Shown here piece after piece: positions 24,324-38,319 of a DNA stretch of 64,000 nucleotides. The stretch covers positions 90,520,001 through 90,584,000 of the forward strand of contig OZ024744.1 in NCBI GenBank assembly GCA_964016885.1. Direction: 5' to 3'. Position numbers and translations under genes: made by a program. The DNA is from Eledone cirrhosa. Its lineage: Eukaryota. Positions within the stretch are counted from its first letter, which is position 1. Each line of letters starts with the position of its first letter. The notes beneath the pieces are model-generated. The model ran no database searches. It had not been told where the DNA came from and saw nothing but the letters and a program-made list of their open reading frames with translations.

Positions 24324-25129
24324 GTGCGTGTGTGCGTGCGTGCGTGTGTGTGTGTATGTGCGTGTGTGCGTGCGTGTGTGCTACTCATTCCCAAGCAGAT
24401 GTGTGTCGATTTTCTCCCCGAACACCAATCATTGACTTTATTTCCCATCATCCTCTGCAATTCATTGTTTGTCTTCTTTACTTCCAGCAATACTATGCTC
24501 ATCCACTGAATCATACTTACTTCCATACTTTCCAGTTTTCTCTGATACATTGTAAATACATCTATTGCGTCATCTACTCAAAGACAGACTATTGAGCTTA
24601 TTTTAACCAGGTCTATTAGCTCTTCTTCTTCTTCTTCTTCTTCTTCTTCTTCTTCTTTGCCTTCTCCCATATATTCCTGAGAGGGTCGGGGGGGGGGGGG
24701 GTTCCTCAAACACTCCCTCCAGTAGGTCCTAGGTCCTATCAGAAGCAACCGTCTCCAACTGATCTGGCTGGATCCCCAACCAAGCTGATACATTTCTATT
24801 GATTTATTTTTTTGGGAAATCATACTTACTAATTAAGTTAACTGTGTTAATTAACCAATAAAGTGATTTTTATTAATCATATTAACTGTGCATACTAACT
24901 GTAAAAATAGTTAATAAACACAGACAACTTGCTACCCTCCAAAAAACAAAACAAAAATAAAACATTATTTGCCAAGTGGCACTTGATCAACTGATCCAGC
25001 TGGATCCACAAGTGAGACCAGCCAAGCTGGTCACTCATGTCACTCAGGGTTTACCCCTTGAGTCTCCTGTCTGTTAGTTTTGCCTGTAAAATCTATTTCC
25101 TCCCAAAATTACATTTCATGAATACACTT

Positions 25130-25301
25130 TTAACCCTTAAGCATTTACATTACTCTATATATACTATTATATTTTCATGGTAAAGGCTTTATCTCACATA
25201 GTTATCTTACATAATATTGAATATATGAGATTTTGATATGAACAATACCTTAACATTAGTATGAGTGGCCGGTTACAGCTGGTTTAAATGCTAAAGGGTT
25301 T
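25130..25301. mobile_element. TTAA-flanked MITE
   Basis: ttaacccttaagcattta ... taaatgctaaagggtt. Confidence 0.75.
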
Positions 25302-25759
25302 AAATGCTATGTCAATAGAAAGTGTTATGTTATCAATCTTTTTTACATTCTTTTTAATACTATGTATTCTATGTATTCTATATACCATATATTCTATTAA
25401 TTGTTCCGAAACGTTTATTAAATTTTGAGCAATTGTATGTGCTTTCAACCATTTTAGTTAGTTGATAACAAATGCAATAAGAAGCAACAAACAACACAAC
25501 AATCATTTAAAACCCTTTTGTTGCCATATTTCTAATTAAATACATAGCATAATTTCAATTAATTTTGAAAATAATCAAACATTTGGAAGAATTTAATAAA
25601 ATAACTAATCCTTTCATTAATAACATGTTAATTAGATTATTTCCCAACATTAATAAAATCTTTAATATAATTATGATGGAAAGATTTACTGTAAATATTA
25701 GCATTTTAAAGCAAGCAGTTTTGTATCATAAATCCAGGAGCAATTTCATGTGGTTTAGT

Positions 25760-26400
25760 ATCATCATCATCTTCATCATTATCATCATCACCATCATCAT
25801 CATCGTTTTTACATCCATCTTCCATGCTAGCATGGGTTAGACGAGTTGTCCTGTTGTGGGCAATGCTAGGTCAAGTGACCATATCTTGCTCATACAGGAC
25901 TGATTTTGGCTTGGTTTCTACAGCTGTATGCTCTTCCTAACACTAATCACTTTTACTGTGAGTACTCGGTGCTTTTTGCTGTGACACCTACATGACCACT
26001 TTACAGTGGGAGTTGGGTGCTTTTTGCTGTGACACCTACATGACCACTTTACAGTGGGAGCTGGGTGCTTTTTGCTGTGACACCTACATGACCACTTTAC
26101 AGTGGGAGCTGGGTGCTTTTTGCTGTGACACCTACATGACCACTTTACAGTGGGAGCTGGGTGCTTTTTGCTGTGACACCTACATGACCACTTTACAGTG
26201 TGAGCTGGGTGCTTTTTGCTGTGACACCTACATGACCACTTTACAGTGGGAGGGTGGGAGTAGTGGTGGGGGCATACTGCATATATGGTTCAACTTTGGC
26301 CTGTGCCCATGGGAAGTCAGGTATTCTGTATTACTGCGTAACGCCAGAAATCTCGGTCCTCTGTCATCGCGTTTGAAAGGTGCAATTGGGCAAGGTCAGC
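25760..26400 (-). mobile_element. RTE 3' tail with about six near-identical 48-bp units (~25968-26250)
   Basis: Unit translates as the repeated MTTLQWELGAFCCDTY; the rest matches the RTE UTR. Confidence 0.9.
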
Positions 26401-27118
26401 TTAATAGTTAAAACCATTTCCTCTGCTAAAGCAAGAGTTAACTATGTGGGCGCCATGATTGATTTCATACTCATCATGGGGTCCTTTTTCAGGCAATATT
26501 TTCCAGCTGAATACCCTTCTTGGCATTGGCCCTTTGAATCACCATTGTGATATGCATGGATACTGTGTACCTATTCTAAACTGGATGCACAATGTGATAT
26601 GAAGCAATTAAAGCAATTGTATTGTTTTGTTTTGACATCAATGATTAAAATGTAGTTTTCTTTGATTTCAAACACATTCTTTTAAAAATATTCCTTACTT
26701 GGAGTTATTTAACCCTTTAGATACTATATTGCCTAAAACTGCTCCTGTTTCTACAGGGTAAGAGTAAAGACCCCCTTCAGTAATGAATGACCATGGAATT
26801 TGCACTTAGAAAGTTCCTCTCCTAGGCACAAGTCCGAGCAAAGTTGTTTGTGGAAGACCAGCAATCATCCATGCATGCCAGTCTCCCGTCTCCATGCCAA
26901 TGATGTTGTCTAAATGGGTAGGCAATGGTTGATACAACTTGGCACTAGTGATGTCGAAACTCATTTCTTCAGGTGAGTGAACGAAATAAAGTGTCTTGTT
27001 CAAGAACATAAGGCATCACCCGGTCTGAGAAGCGAACTCACAACTTCCTGATTGTGAGCCATATGCCTTCTATAATATAATTAAAAAAACACAAAAACTA
27101 TATATTTTAAAATGTTTA

Positions 27119-29755
27119 TCATCATCATCATCATCATCATCATTTTACGTCCGCTTTTCCCTGATTGCAAGAGTGGGACGGGTCCTATTCAGCACAGCAT
27201 CTCTCCACTTGTCACGGTCCTTTGTCATCTCCTCCATGAGCTTCAGCGATCTGATGTCTGCTCCGCCCATGTTTTTCGTGGTCTTCTTCTACTGCGTCTT
27301 CCTTCAACTGGGATTTCTTGACCCTTCTTTACCCAACAGTCATCCTCCATGCGCATCACATGTCCATAACAATGCAGTCTTCTCTCCCGGACACCACAAC
27401 TTATCCCTTTTATACACAGTTTCTCTCTCAACTCATCTATGCTTGGTCGTTCACACATATTGACATTGCACATCCAACGGAGCATGCTTGCTTCATTTCT
27501 CTCCAGCCATCGCATAGTTGCAGCCCATGTCTCACTACCATGCAGCATCCGCTCTTCACACAGGCATCATATAACTGGCCTTTCGTATGCAGGGAGCAAC
27601 CCTTCTTTATCAAAAGAGGAAGCAGCTCTCTAATCTTCTTCCAACCCATCCTTATTCTAGATACTATAGCCTTGGAACAGCCCTTCCCATGCTAATCTGA
27701 TCACATAGGTACCGGAAGCTATCAACCACTTCTATAGAACCCACCTGCATTTGAAAGATTTGTCTATCACTGCAATTACCACTGTCAACTTTCCCTGTAC
27801 ATCTACTGCATACATAGTTTTCCCTACCTGTTCGTTTGCCTGCTATCCCACTACATCTCTTGTGTACCCAAGATCTGCATTGTGTACATTTTATAGAATT
27901 TATGCCAGTTCCTTTTCTACATATCGAACATGGCCATTTCGCTGATGGAATCAGAGTTTTGTCCTCTTTTCTACTTATCAACACTTTTGTCTTAGCTAGG
28001 TTCACTCTCAGTCCTCTTGATTCCAACTGCTGTTTCCATAACCTGAATTTATTCTCTAGCTCCTCTACTGATTCTGCTATAAGAACCAAATCATCAGCAT
28101 AGAGAAGTTCCCATGGGCAGCCAGTCATAAACTCCTGTTATGGCTTGGAGGACTATAATGAACAAAAGCAGGCTGAAGGCCAAACCCTGATGTACGCCTA
28201 CTTGTATCTGGAATTCCTCACTAAACTCCATTCCTACTCTCACTTTACTGACAACACCTCTGTACATAGCTTGCACTGTCCTCACAAGCCATTCCTCTAC
28301 ACCTAGTTTCCTTAGGGACCACCAGATGATAGATTGGGGTATCCTATCAACGGCCTTCTCTAGGTCAACAAAAGCTAAGTATAGTGGCTTATTCTTCTCT
28401 AAGAACCTCTCTTGTAGCTGTCTCACTAAGAAGAGGGCATCTGTTGTACTTTTCCCAGGCATAAAACCAAACTGCATCTCATCTAATTTGACCCTTTCTC
28501 TAATCAGTTGCGCTAATATTCTCTCTGCCATTTTCATAACCTGATCCATCAGCTTTATGCCCCTATAATTGCTCCTCTCCAGAGCATCCCCTTTACCTTT
28601 GTAGCAATTTATGAGAATACTACTGCACCAGTCTTTGGGTATGACACCGCCATATATAGCTTGATTGATGTATACAACCAGTTTAGTGCCTACTTCTCCT
28701 GATGCCTTCAGCATCTCAGCAACTATCCCCAATGGTCCAGCGGCCTTACGATTTTTCATTTCCTTAATTGCCTCTTGTACCCTAAATTCGTCAATCCCAA
28801 TAGCTGGTCCCTCTGTCGGATCTACTGGGGGTAATTTCTCTCTCTTCAATTCGTTCTCCACATTCATCAGTCTCTCATAATGACATTTGCAGGCCTCCTT
28901 TTTCTGCTCATTCATGACACTAAGTACACCAGCATCATTCTGGACACACTTATCTCCAACAACATCCTGATTTGCCCTGACACACTGCCTTGCAATATGG
29001 AACACCGCACGCCTCTGATCTTCCAGTTGCAGAACTTTGGGCAACCTCCTACTCTCAGCCTCCCTGCATACTAAGTACACCTGACGTCTAGCTTCTCTCT
29101 TAGCGGCTGTATATCCTTCCCTACTCCCACCCTTTTCCAAGCCTTCCATGCTAGTCTTTTGTCTCTACTGTGCTGTTCCACCACCAGGTCACTCTCTGTC
29201 TGGTTGTAGCTCTGCTCCAGCCACAAGTTTCCTCAGTAGCCTGCAGTAAGTTGTCACGTAAGAATTCCAGTTATTATCTATGTCATACGTCTCTAAATCG
29301 TCTTCTTTTTCGTTATACACATCTTGAAGGTCTTTCCTAAATTTATATTTTAGTGAAAGGTCTTTTAGCTTCCAAACCTTTCTTTTCCACACCTTCCTGC
29401 ATGTTGCATTCCGTCTCTTGCTTACTGAAATGTCACTAATGACTAACCTATGCTGTGGAGTACATTCTTCTCCAGGGTATGCCTTAGTATTTGACACCAT
29501 CTGTCTGTCTCGCTGCCTAACTAGCAAGAAGTCAATCTGGCTTATGTGTTCGCCTGATTTGTAGGTTATATGGTAGGTTTCTTGAAGTTAGTGTTGTAAA
29601 TTGTTTGTGCACTTGCATCACAAAATTCAAGAAGCCTCACTCCTTCTTCATTTCTTGAGCCATAACCATTCCCACCATGTACCCCAGTTTATCCATCCTG
29701 GAGCTGTCCAACATGACCATTGAAGTCCCCTGCTAGCATAACAATGTCTCTGTCT
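27119..29755 (-). pseudogene. RTE LINE, second subfamily, APE-RT-PHD, several frameshifts
   Basis: MLAGDFNGHVG (~29710-29740), ECTPQHRL, YRGIKL, QFGF, YADD, CSIC..CTQC..HKRC..CSRC; very short 3' UTR and (TGA)n. Confidence 0.92.
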
Positions 29756-30399
29756 TTATTTAAACACTTTTCATCATAATTTTATGCAGGAAACTTTATC
29801 AACTTATATTCAAAACAACAACTTAATAATGGTAAAGTTAATTCTATGACCAAATTCCCCCGAAGATAAAATGATTTGAAAATCATGGGTAATGTCTTTT
29901 ATTAAAAATATAGTAACAAAAGGATTAACTTCAAATGTGTTGTCTCTAAACATTGCTTTAGCTTAGCTAGATATATTCAAGCTGTTATTACATAAAACTT
30001 TTCTACATTAAATTCACAGTCAGTCTACTTGGTCCAGTTTTATCTCTGGGTTAGGTAAAACCAAAGGCAAAAACATTTTCATTGTGTTTTCTTTTCTTAG
30101 TACTTGACTTATTGATTTTTAACCATTTCTCCATTGGGTTTATAAATACAGAGCAGTTTATTGATTATTGAAGATTATAATTGCCTGGAATATTTATCTT
30201 CAGTACACATGCATTAGAAAAGTCACTAAACTATTTAATACACTAATATGGTGTACTATTTTTAACAACCATTTCAGATTTATTGTTGTCTAAACTGAAA
30301 GCTATTGAAGATAATTGCGTAATATTAATTTGAGTTGTTAAATTTAGCAGAATTTAGTCAGAATTGTATTCGTGAGTGAACAATAATGTTATAATCATA

Positions 30400-30730
30400 A
30401 TATTGTTATATTAGAGGAAGGTCATGTTGCGTGAGTGAATAATAATAATATTATTATAATATTTTTTAAATTTGGGGAGGGTCATGTTGTTATAATATTA
30501 CCAGAAATATATAATAAAACACACTCCCTGTTTGGTTTGGGTTGGTTTTCGCTTCACTATATTTTATATTTCTATAATTAATTCAGCTAGCAATCAATGT
30601 TTATCATTGATTGACCAACAGTTAAACATATAGATATAAATATAAATATAGTCTCTCAGAGTTCTTTCATCACACACCTGTGACATCATCAGTGATACTA
30701 TTATGTCTCCTCCCGTTGTATTGCTGTAAT
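30400..30730 (-). mobile_element. Non-coding Penelope-related pLTR element with hammerhead motif (~30650-30699)
   Basis: Minus strand agtatca-CTGATGA-t-gtcaca-ggtg-tgtgat-GAAA-g-aa-c-TC-tgagagact. Confidence 0.75.
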
Positions 30731-31647
30731 GTTTTCTTATTCTATTTATTTATTTATTTATTATAATAATATTATTAATATTCGGTTTGTTTACAAGCAA
30801 ATAGCCTCATTAACACCATATGTGTTTTCTAGATGACCACGTCATCATTTTTTCCAGCGGTAGCTGAGTGAAAACTGTTGACAATTGTTTCGAAGTTGTT
30901 GCTCCTTATTGAGACTGTGTATTCTTGTCGTTGATACCTGCTGGAACTGCTGAAAATACATTGTGTTCTCTAAGGTATACATTTGCCTAATTAGAATACT
31001 GAGTGATTTTACAGCCGGCTTTGCTGAAAATTAAAACAAATTTTGTTTTTTAATCGGAATTACTATTCTTACATCAAAACTAGCTTCATATTATCCCAAC
31101 ATTTTTGTTAGTCTGTGCAGCCACAATAATTTCCTTTATATGTAAACATAGCTGTGTATGTGTGTGTGAAGGTGGATAACTGGAAAAAGTTATTTGAGCA
31201 TCAAATTAAAATATTTTGTGGTATTTGCTCTGGCTCCTTGCACTCTGAGTTCAAATCCCTCCAAGGTCAATTTTGCCATTCATCCTTTTGGGGTCAATAA
31301 ATAAAGTTCCAGTCCAGGTCATAGGATTGGCAGAATTATTAAAGCACATCATTTTTTAGGGCCTTTGTGTTCTGAGTTCAACTGTGACAACACTGGTACC
31401 AAGCTGTATTAGCATTTGGCTTTACCTTGGACAACATCAGTGGTATGCAGAATGGAGACCTGCATGTTTGGGTGACTGTTGGACTTCTACAAAACAATTT
31501 GTTCAGGTTTTCACTTTGGATGAGAATATTTCAGGTGCAAATCCATGGTCAGCTGCTGTTTGTTGGGGATTGAAAAGTCTTTGTGTTAGGCTCCTTGATT
31601 TTATAGGTCTTCATGGATTACCTTGATGTCTGAATGTAAGTTGCTTC

Positions 31648-33668
31648 ACTTGCCATACTAAGTTGGTATGTTTATACAAATTTGGTACTATTTGCCCTTA
31701 ATTTGACTTTCTGTACTTTTCTGTACATTTGGTACAATGTCCGGAATTTTTGGTACCTTTTAGAGATTGTACTTGCTTTGTGAATTTGTCTTAGTTGATA
31801 TTTTAAAATCACCATTCAATGATTTACCCTTTATCAGCTATAATGACTTTTATGTTGAAAAACTATCCATTAAATGTATTTGCCCATCAGATCTCACTTG
31901 ACATCAATAACTCGTCTGCATAGTATTCCAGATTGGTAGCCAATAATAACACACTATTTGCTCACAATTGATCAGTGGACGTTTTACTTGAATAAATTCC
32001 ACTGAGAATATGCAAGAATATTTAAATATAGATAGATTAAGATGAATTCTCAGAAGACTACCGTGTCAGTTTAGTTTAAACAGTTGTGTCATGGCTTGAA
32101 GTCCTCTTTCAATATCTAAACATTTTGCTGTTTTGAGAAACATGTTGAACCCACCATGAATGGAAAAAAAGTGAATATAGAATATTATTCTGATAGTGAT
32201 GAAAATGACACCCCTCTGAAAAAAATCTAAAATCCACTTTCTATGAAAGAGAATTTCTGTCAAAATTATTAAATGACAAGAAATTTTCATCATGGTTGGA
32301 ATTGAGTAAAAAGAACACAAGTAAAGGCTACTCTAAATTGTGCAATTGTGAGATAGCTGATATTTTAAATCAAATGTTAAAGCATGAAGGGACATCAAAA
32401 CATCAAAAGAATGCAAAAGTAGCAAGACAATAAGTGAAGGTGACAGATTTTATAAAGCCTGCTCGATGTTCTGTTCACTTAACAAAAATAGCATCAGCTG
32501 AACTGAAACTGCAGGTTGATTTCTAAGCACGACCTATTGCTATTTCGGATCGTTTACCTGGTCTTATTGACAACATATGGTCTGATTAAAAAATTGCCTA
32601 AGACATCAAGTGCACAAGAACTAAAACAACTCAGAGTTGATTTTATTGTCTAAATTCAGCAAAGTTCTACCTAATTGTAGATGAAACAATGGACATTTCT
32701 AACAACAAGCAGCTTGTTCTAATAGCAAGATATTACAATTCTGAAATTCAAAAGACTATGGACAAGTTTTGATGCTTTGGAAATTAAAGACTGCAGTGCA
32801 CTTCACATTTACTATTGTCTACAATCATTTTTCATTGAAAATAATGTCTCTCTTGAAAACTTAATTGGATTTACCAGTGATAATGCCAGTGTTATGATGG
32901 GAAGCAAAGAAGGAATTCAACATATGTTGAAGCAGAAAAATCCTCATATATTCATACACCCTTGTGTTTACCATTCCTTACATCTAAAGCCTGCAATGAC
33001 CTACCATATTACTTAGAAGTATTAGCAAAAGATATTTTTTCATACCTGATCAACAGTCCAAAGTGTCTAGATAAATGTAAGGAATTTCAAAAAATTACAA
33101 ATATCAGCCCTCACAAAATTTTTCATATTAGCTATGAAACAAGTTGTACAAAGAATTTTGGAGAAGTGGCTAGCACTTTTGTCATATTTCACCATAGCAG
33201 CATTAGAAGATGGCATCCCCATGATGACTGCCAAAATATTAAGGGAATTACAAAACCCCATGACAAAAATCTATTTTGCTTTTCTTGCTTATATTTTACC
33301 AGACATTTATAAGTTTGAATTGGAGTTCCAAGCAGAAACATATGGCTAAGTGGCATCCATTAGCAAGAAGGAAACTGGTATAGATAGAAAAGTGTGGAAG
33401 AAGAAAACGTTTCTTTTCAATTAAGATATATAAAGTAAATATAGAACATTTTCTTTTTTAACATTTATAGGGCATCCAGCTGTAGAAATCAAGCCAGAAT
33501 CAGTTCCTGTCCCGCCCTTGTAAGCAGGGAAAAGCGGACATAAAATGAAATGAAAAATGAAATGAAGGTTTCATATTGATGTAATTGGATTTGGTACATT
33601 TTTGTAAATTTTGGTACTTTTTAAACAAAGTTTTTGGTATTATTGAGAAAATAGTTTCGGCAGCCCTG
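31648..33668 (+). mobile_element. Decayed hAT-superfamily DNA transposon (transposase remnant ~32270-33349)
   Basis: Zn-finger remnant KLCNCEI...KHEGTSKH, FYLIVDETMDIS, IGFTSDNASVMMG, PCVYHSLHL (CxxH); right TIR ggcagccctg; ttggtac subterminal repeats at both ends. Confidence 0.85.
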
Positions 33669-33724
33669 ATACCAAGCAGAACCTAATTATGAAGCAAGCC
33701 CTGATTTGAGTCAATACTCCCTCA

Positions 33725-34130
33725 ATTCAGGAGCTAGCTGGATTGTCCGAGGTTGCTGGGAAGAGGCCAAATAGTCGTACCCTTTGCTCCTAGGCAACAG
33801 GTAGATGTCTCATTTGGGATGCCACAGTTAGCAACTCTTTTGCTCCTTTCCACATCCTGGATGCTGCAGTAAAGATAAGGGCTACTACATCCAGAGTCGA
33901 ATGGAATAAAGTTCTAAAATATCACTAATTATCAGCAAAATATTTTATGCAGCCAATGGTCTTCAAGACGTTTGTGGGAGTTGAGACACTGATAATAAAG
34001 TTCTTTTCATTGTTGGTGGCTCACGTTACTGATATATCAGGAGATACCTATGAGGGTGCTTGATTCTCCCAGCATATTAACCTTGCTATCACCTATAGCA
34101 TTGCTGTGAGTGTGTAGGTTTGCCTCAGAT
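33725..34130 (+). pseudogene. CRE-like restriction-like endonuclease remnant
   Basis: GKRPNSRTLCS*ATGRCLIWDATVSNSFAP...EWNKVLKYH*LSAKYFMQPMVFKT. Confidence 0.65.
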
Positions 34131-34583
34131 ATTAGAGGGAAACTCCAGTGCCTCTTGTGGTGTGTGATTAAGTGTTCAGGGTTTTGTCATATTTTTAAAA
34201 AATGATATATTGTTTGGGAATGAGGTCACTCTCTCAGCTCATTTCTGCTCCACTTTTCATGCAAGCAAATATTGCATGTCCCACCTATCCTGTTGGCCTT
34301 ATTTCTCTTCAGTTGTCAAGCATAACTTACATTCAAAGCCCATCTCTGACTACCATCTACACAAGCTTCATGCAGACTGACTTTCACAGGAAGTGTGAAA
34401 CACTTTATTGCTAACAGAAGCAGTAGCACCCTTAACTTCCTCCATCCCTTTCTTACTCTCATGACTATACTTTCCTTAGAGCCACTTTCAGCACTAATTA
34501 GGTCAGGGAGGTAACAAAACCTATCAGTTACATCTGCTAAGCTGTTAGAACTGTTAATGGACTTGATTTGATGGGCATCAGCC

Positions 34584-35915
34584 TTAACCCTTTTGAGTCT
34601 AGACCAACCAACCTAAACCAGCTATGGTCCTATCAAACAAAACTACTCATTTTAAAGGGTTCCTATTTAAATTAAAATCTTCCAATGCAATTTTCATACA
34701 AGAACCTTCTGTTATGTTACAATATACCATCTGAATAATGAAGTAATAATTTTAGTAACCCTCTCAAAATTCTTGTTATGTTACAATATACCATCTGAAT
34801 AATGAAGTAATGAAGTAATAATTTTAGTAACCCTCTCAAAATTCTTGTTATGTTACAATATACCATCTGAATAATGAAGTAATAATTTTAGTAACCCTCT
34901 CAAAATTCTTGTTATGTTACAATATACCATCTGAATAATGAAGTAATGAAGTAATAATTTTAGTAACCCTCTCAAAATTCTTGTTATGTTACAATATACC
35001 ATCTGAATAATGAAGTAATGAAGTAATAATTTTAGTAACCCTCTCAAAATTCTTGTTATGTTACAATATACCATCTGAATAATGAAGTAATGAAGTAATA
35101 ATTTTAGTAACCCTCTCAAAATTCTTGTTATGTTACAATATACCATCTGAATAATGAAGTAATGAAGTAATAATTTTAGTAACCCTCTCAAAATTCTTGT
35201 TATGTTACAATATACCATCTGAATAATGAAGTAATAATTTTAGTAACCCTCTCAAAATTCTTGTTATGTTACAATATACCATCTGAATAATGAAGTAATG
35301 AAGTAATAATTTTAGTAACCCTCTCAAAATTCTTGTTATGTTACAATATACCATCTGAATAATGAAGTAATAATTTTAGTAACCCTCTCAAAATTCTTGT
35401 TATGTTACAATATACCATCTGAATAATGAAGTAATAATTTTAGTAACCCTCTCAAAATTCTTATGTTACAATATACCATCTGAATAATGAAGTAATAATT
35501 TTAGTAACCCTCTCAAAATTCTTGTTATGTTACAATATACCATCTGAATAATGAAGTAATAATTTTAGTAACCCTCTCAAAATTCTTGTTATGTTACAAT
35601 ATACCATCTGAATAATGAAGTAATAATTTTAGTAACCCTCACAAAATTCTTGTTATGCTACAATATACCATCTGAATAATGAAGTAATAATTTTAGTAAC
35701 CCTCACAAAATTCTTGTTATGTTACAATATACCATCTGAATAATGAAGTAATGAAGTAATAATTTTAGTAACCCTCTCAAAATTCTTGTTATGTTACAAT
35801 ATACCATCTGAATAATGAAGTAATGAAGTAATAATTTTAGTAACCCTCTCAAAATTCTTTAATAATTAATTCAAATACAATGTATTTTATTAGAAACATG
35901 TTAGTGAAAGAGTTG
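34584..35915. repeat. TTAA-type MITE containing a 64/72-bp tandem array (~17 units, 34709-35858)
   Basis: Unit ttgttatgttacaatataccatctgaataatgaagtaataattttagtaaccctctcaaaattc, with or without an extra tgaagtaa; ttaacccttt at the left end; right end similar to MITE ends at ~25510 and ~44175. Confidence 0.85.
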
Positions 35916-36019
35916 CTGTCATTTTTTCAGAAATTTTATTATATCAGGTTTTGTAAAAATAAATAAATAAATAAATAAGTAAGTAAATAAATAAATGAAT
36001 AAATAGATAAATAAATAAC

Positions 36020-36208
36020 CAACCGGCAGGAGACCAAGGGACAGACCCTGAGCTAGATGGTTGGTCAACATCCATGAGCTAGGCTGGTCTTACTTGGAGA
36101 TCCAGCCAGATCAGTTGGAGACAGTTGCTTCCGACAAGACCTACTGGAAAGAGTATTGGAGAACTCTGCCCCTATGTCTCCTTCAGGAGGAGGAGGAGGA
36201 GGAGGAGG

Positions 36209-36241
<33 letters not shown>

Positions 36242-36310
36242 AAGAAGAAGATGAAGAAGAAGAAGAAGAAGAAGAAGAAGAAGAAGAAGAAGAAGAAGAA
36301 GAAGAAGAAG
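36020..36310 (+). mobile_element. 3' end of a third RTE-like LINE with (GAA)n tail
   Basis: GRP..RW pattern; homologous minus copies at ~24620-24790, 39500-39820, 42740-43650. Confidence 0.7.
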
Positions 36311-36529
36311 ATTTTCTATGGCTGGGTGCTCTTCCTATCACTAACTACTTTACAGAGTGTACTGGGTGTGTTTCTACTGTAGACTAGACCACCAACACTA
36401 AAGAGGTTGTGATGCCCTTGACACAACTGAAAAGAGTTGTTAGTGTATCTAGAATCTAGAATATGGTGAGAGAAGTAGAGAGGGAAAGAAAAGAGGTGAG
36501 AACATCTTTATTGTTGATATCTTTAATAA

Positions 36530-37143
36530 TTGTTTCTACTTTTGGCACAAGGCCAGCAATTACCCAGCGCATTACAGGTACTTTATTTTATCGACCCCCG
36601 TAAGGATGAAAGGCAAAGTTAACCTCGGCGGGATTTGAACTCAGAATGGCAAGGGCCGTAACTCTATGTGTCAAAGCATGGCGTCCGACCCTCTACCGAT
36701 ACTGCCAATCCATTCTGATTTAGGCACAAGGTCAACAATTTTGGGAGAAAGGCAAAGTTGATTAATTTGACCCTAGCGCATTACCGGTAATTTATTTTAT
36801 TGACCCCGTAAGGATGAAAGACAAAGTTAACCTCGGAGGGATTTGAACTCAGAACGTAAAGGGCCATAACTCTATGCTGCAAAGCATATTGTTTGGTGCG
36901 CTACCGATTAATAAAACATCTCTATTAACATAATAAACTCCACTACATTATTATTATTCTTGATGGATTGGCAGTATCGGTAGAGGGTCGGACGCCATGC
37001 TTTGCAGCATAGTTACGTCCCTTTACGGACCGAGTTCAAATCCCGCCGAGGTTAACTTTGCCTTTCATCCTTACGGGGTCGATAAAATAAAGTACCAGTA
37101 ATGTACTGGGTATTTGGCCTGGTGCCAAAAGTAGACACAATTA
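36530..37143. mobile_element. Cluster of three SINE A copies (two minus, one plus)
   Basis: 36530-36711 (-), 36715-36910 (-), 36962-37143 (+). Confidence 0.85.
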
Positions 37144-38319
37144 TTCTTGATTAAACACAAGTTAATTCACTCACAACACTTAAAGGTTCGTATGTGGCAA
37201 ATGCAATCAGTCTGATATGAACTTTTGTTTCCAGGTTGGCTAAGTAGGTATGGGTGACCATACATGTGGACCTTTTGGCCCCATATATATTCAGTTCCTT
37301 TGTTTGGGACTGGTTTTGCCAGGTTATCTAGAGGTATGTGCCAATAGGAAATCATCTACAGATTGTTAGGAGATAACTGTGGTTTCATAAAATCGGTCTA
37401 CCCTCAACTGTTGAGACAAGCAGTCTATCAATTTGTTCCAGAAACCAGAACAATGTAGTTGTCAACAGACACTCACTTTGGAGTCTCTCGACCAGCAGGA
37501 CAAGGCAGCTATACTCCCGTTCAAATTTAACAAAGGTTAGTCCCATACATCTTTTCAGACTATGTACACATTTATATACACCATTCTATTCAGCTGTGAA
37601 TATCTTTGTTTTTCTTATGTTATCACAATAACTTCAAAGCAAGTTATTAAGTAATAAAATTATTAAAGTAGCAGATTTTGTTTATTGTCCATTCACTGTG
37701 ACATTTTACACATCATTTTATATGGGGCAGATCAACCTTTCACATTCACCCATCTAGCCAAGGTTTACTACCACAAAAATTCCAGCCATGCCAGAATGAC
37801 CAATTCCAACCAATAACTCTACTAATATCTAAATTGTTAACTCCACTATACATACACAAAATTATGAAGGAGTCTTGTAATTTTTCAATTTAAATATAAA
37901 CAATTAAAAATGAGAGATTTTTTTAAAAATTCAAAGTTGGAAAGCCATGACAATGCAAGTTTGGATGGAGAAAAATTTAAAACATAAGAAACAGGGTTTA
38001 TTTTTTTACCTTAATTTATTCATATGTCCTGATATTTTGAGATTAATATCTCTTCTTCCGAGGAAAATAAAGGAACTATTCCAGTGATTTTATATCATAG
38101 AATCACAGCTGGTTTAAGGAAGGTTGGTATTAAAAGGATAATTAAGTATGTTAAATAACTCCTTAAAATAAAAGCATGGCCACAGCTGGAGTGCCTTTAT
38201 AGCTTTTAATGTGAATTACCATCAAAATCGACCTAACAATCTCACTAGTTTTAAAAATAATCAAAAATTTGGAGTGACTTAGTAATACAATGTTCTCATT
38301 TCTCATTAAGGTAATAGCG

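Noticed and set aside
34853-35218. 24-aa repeat protein ORF
   Set aside because: Translation of the 72-bp satellite variant; broken by the 64-bp units.
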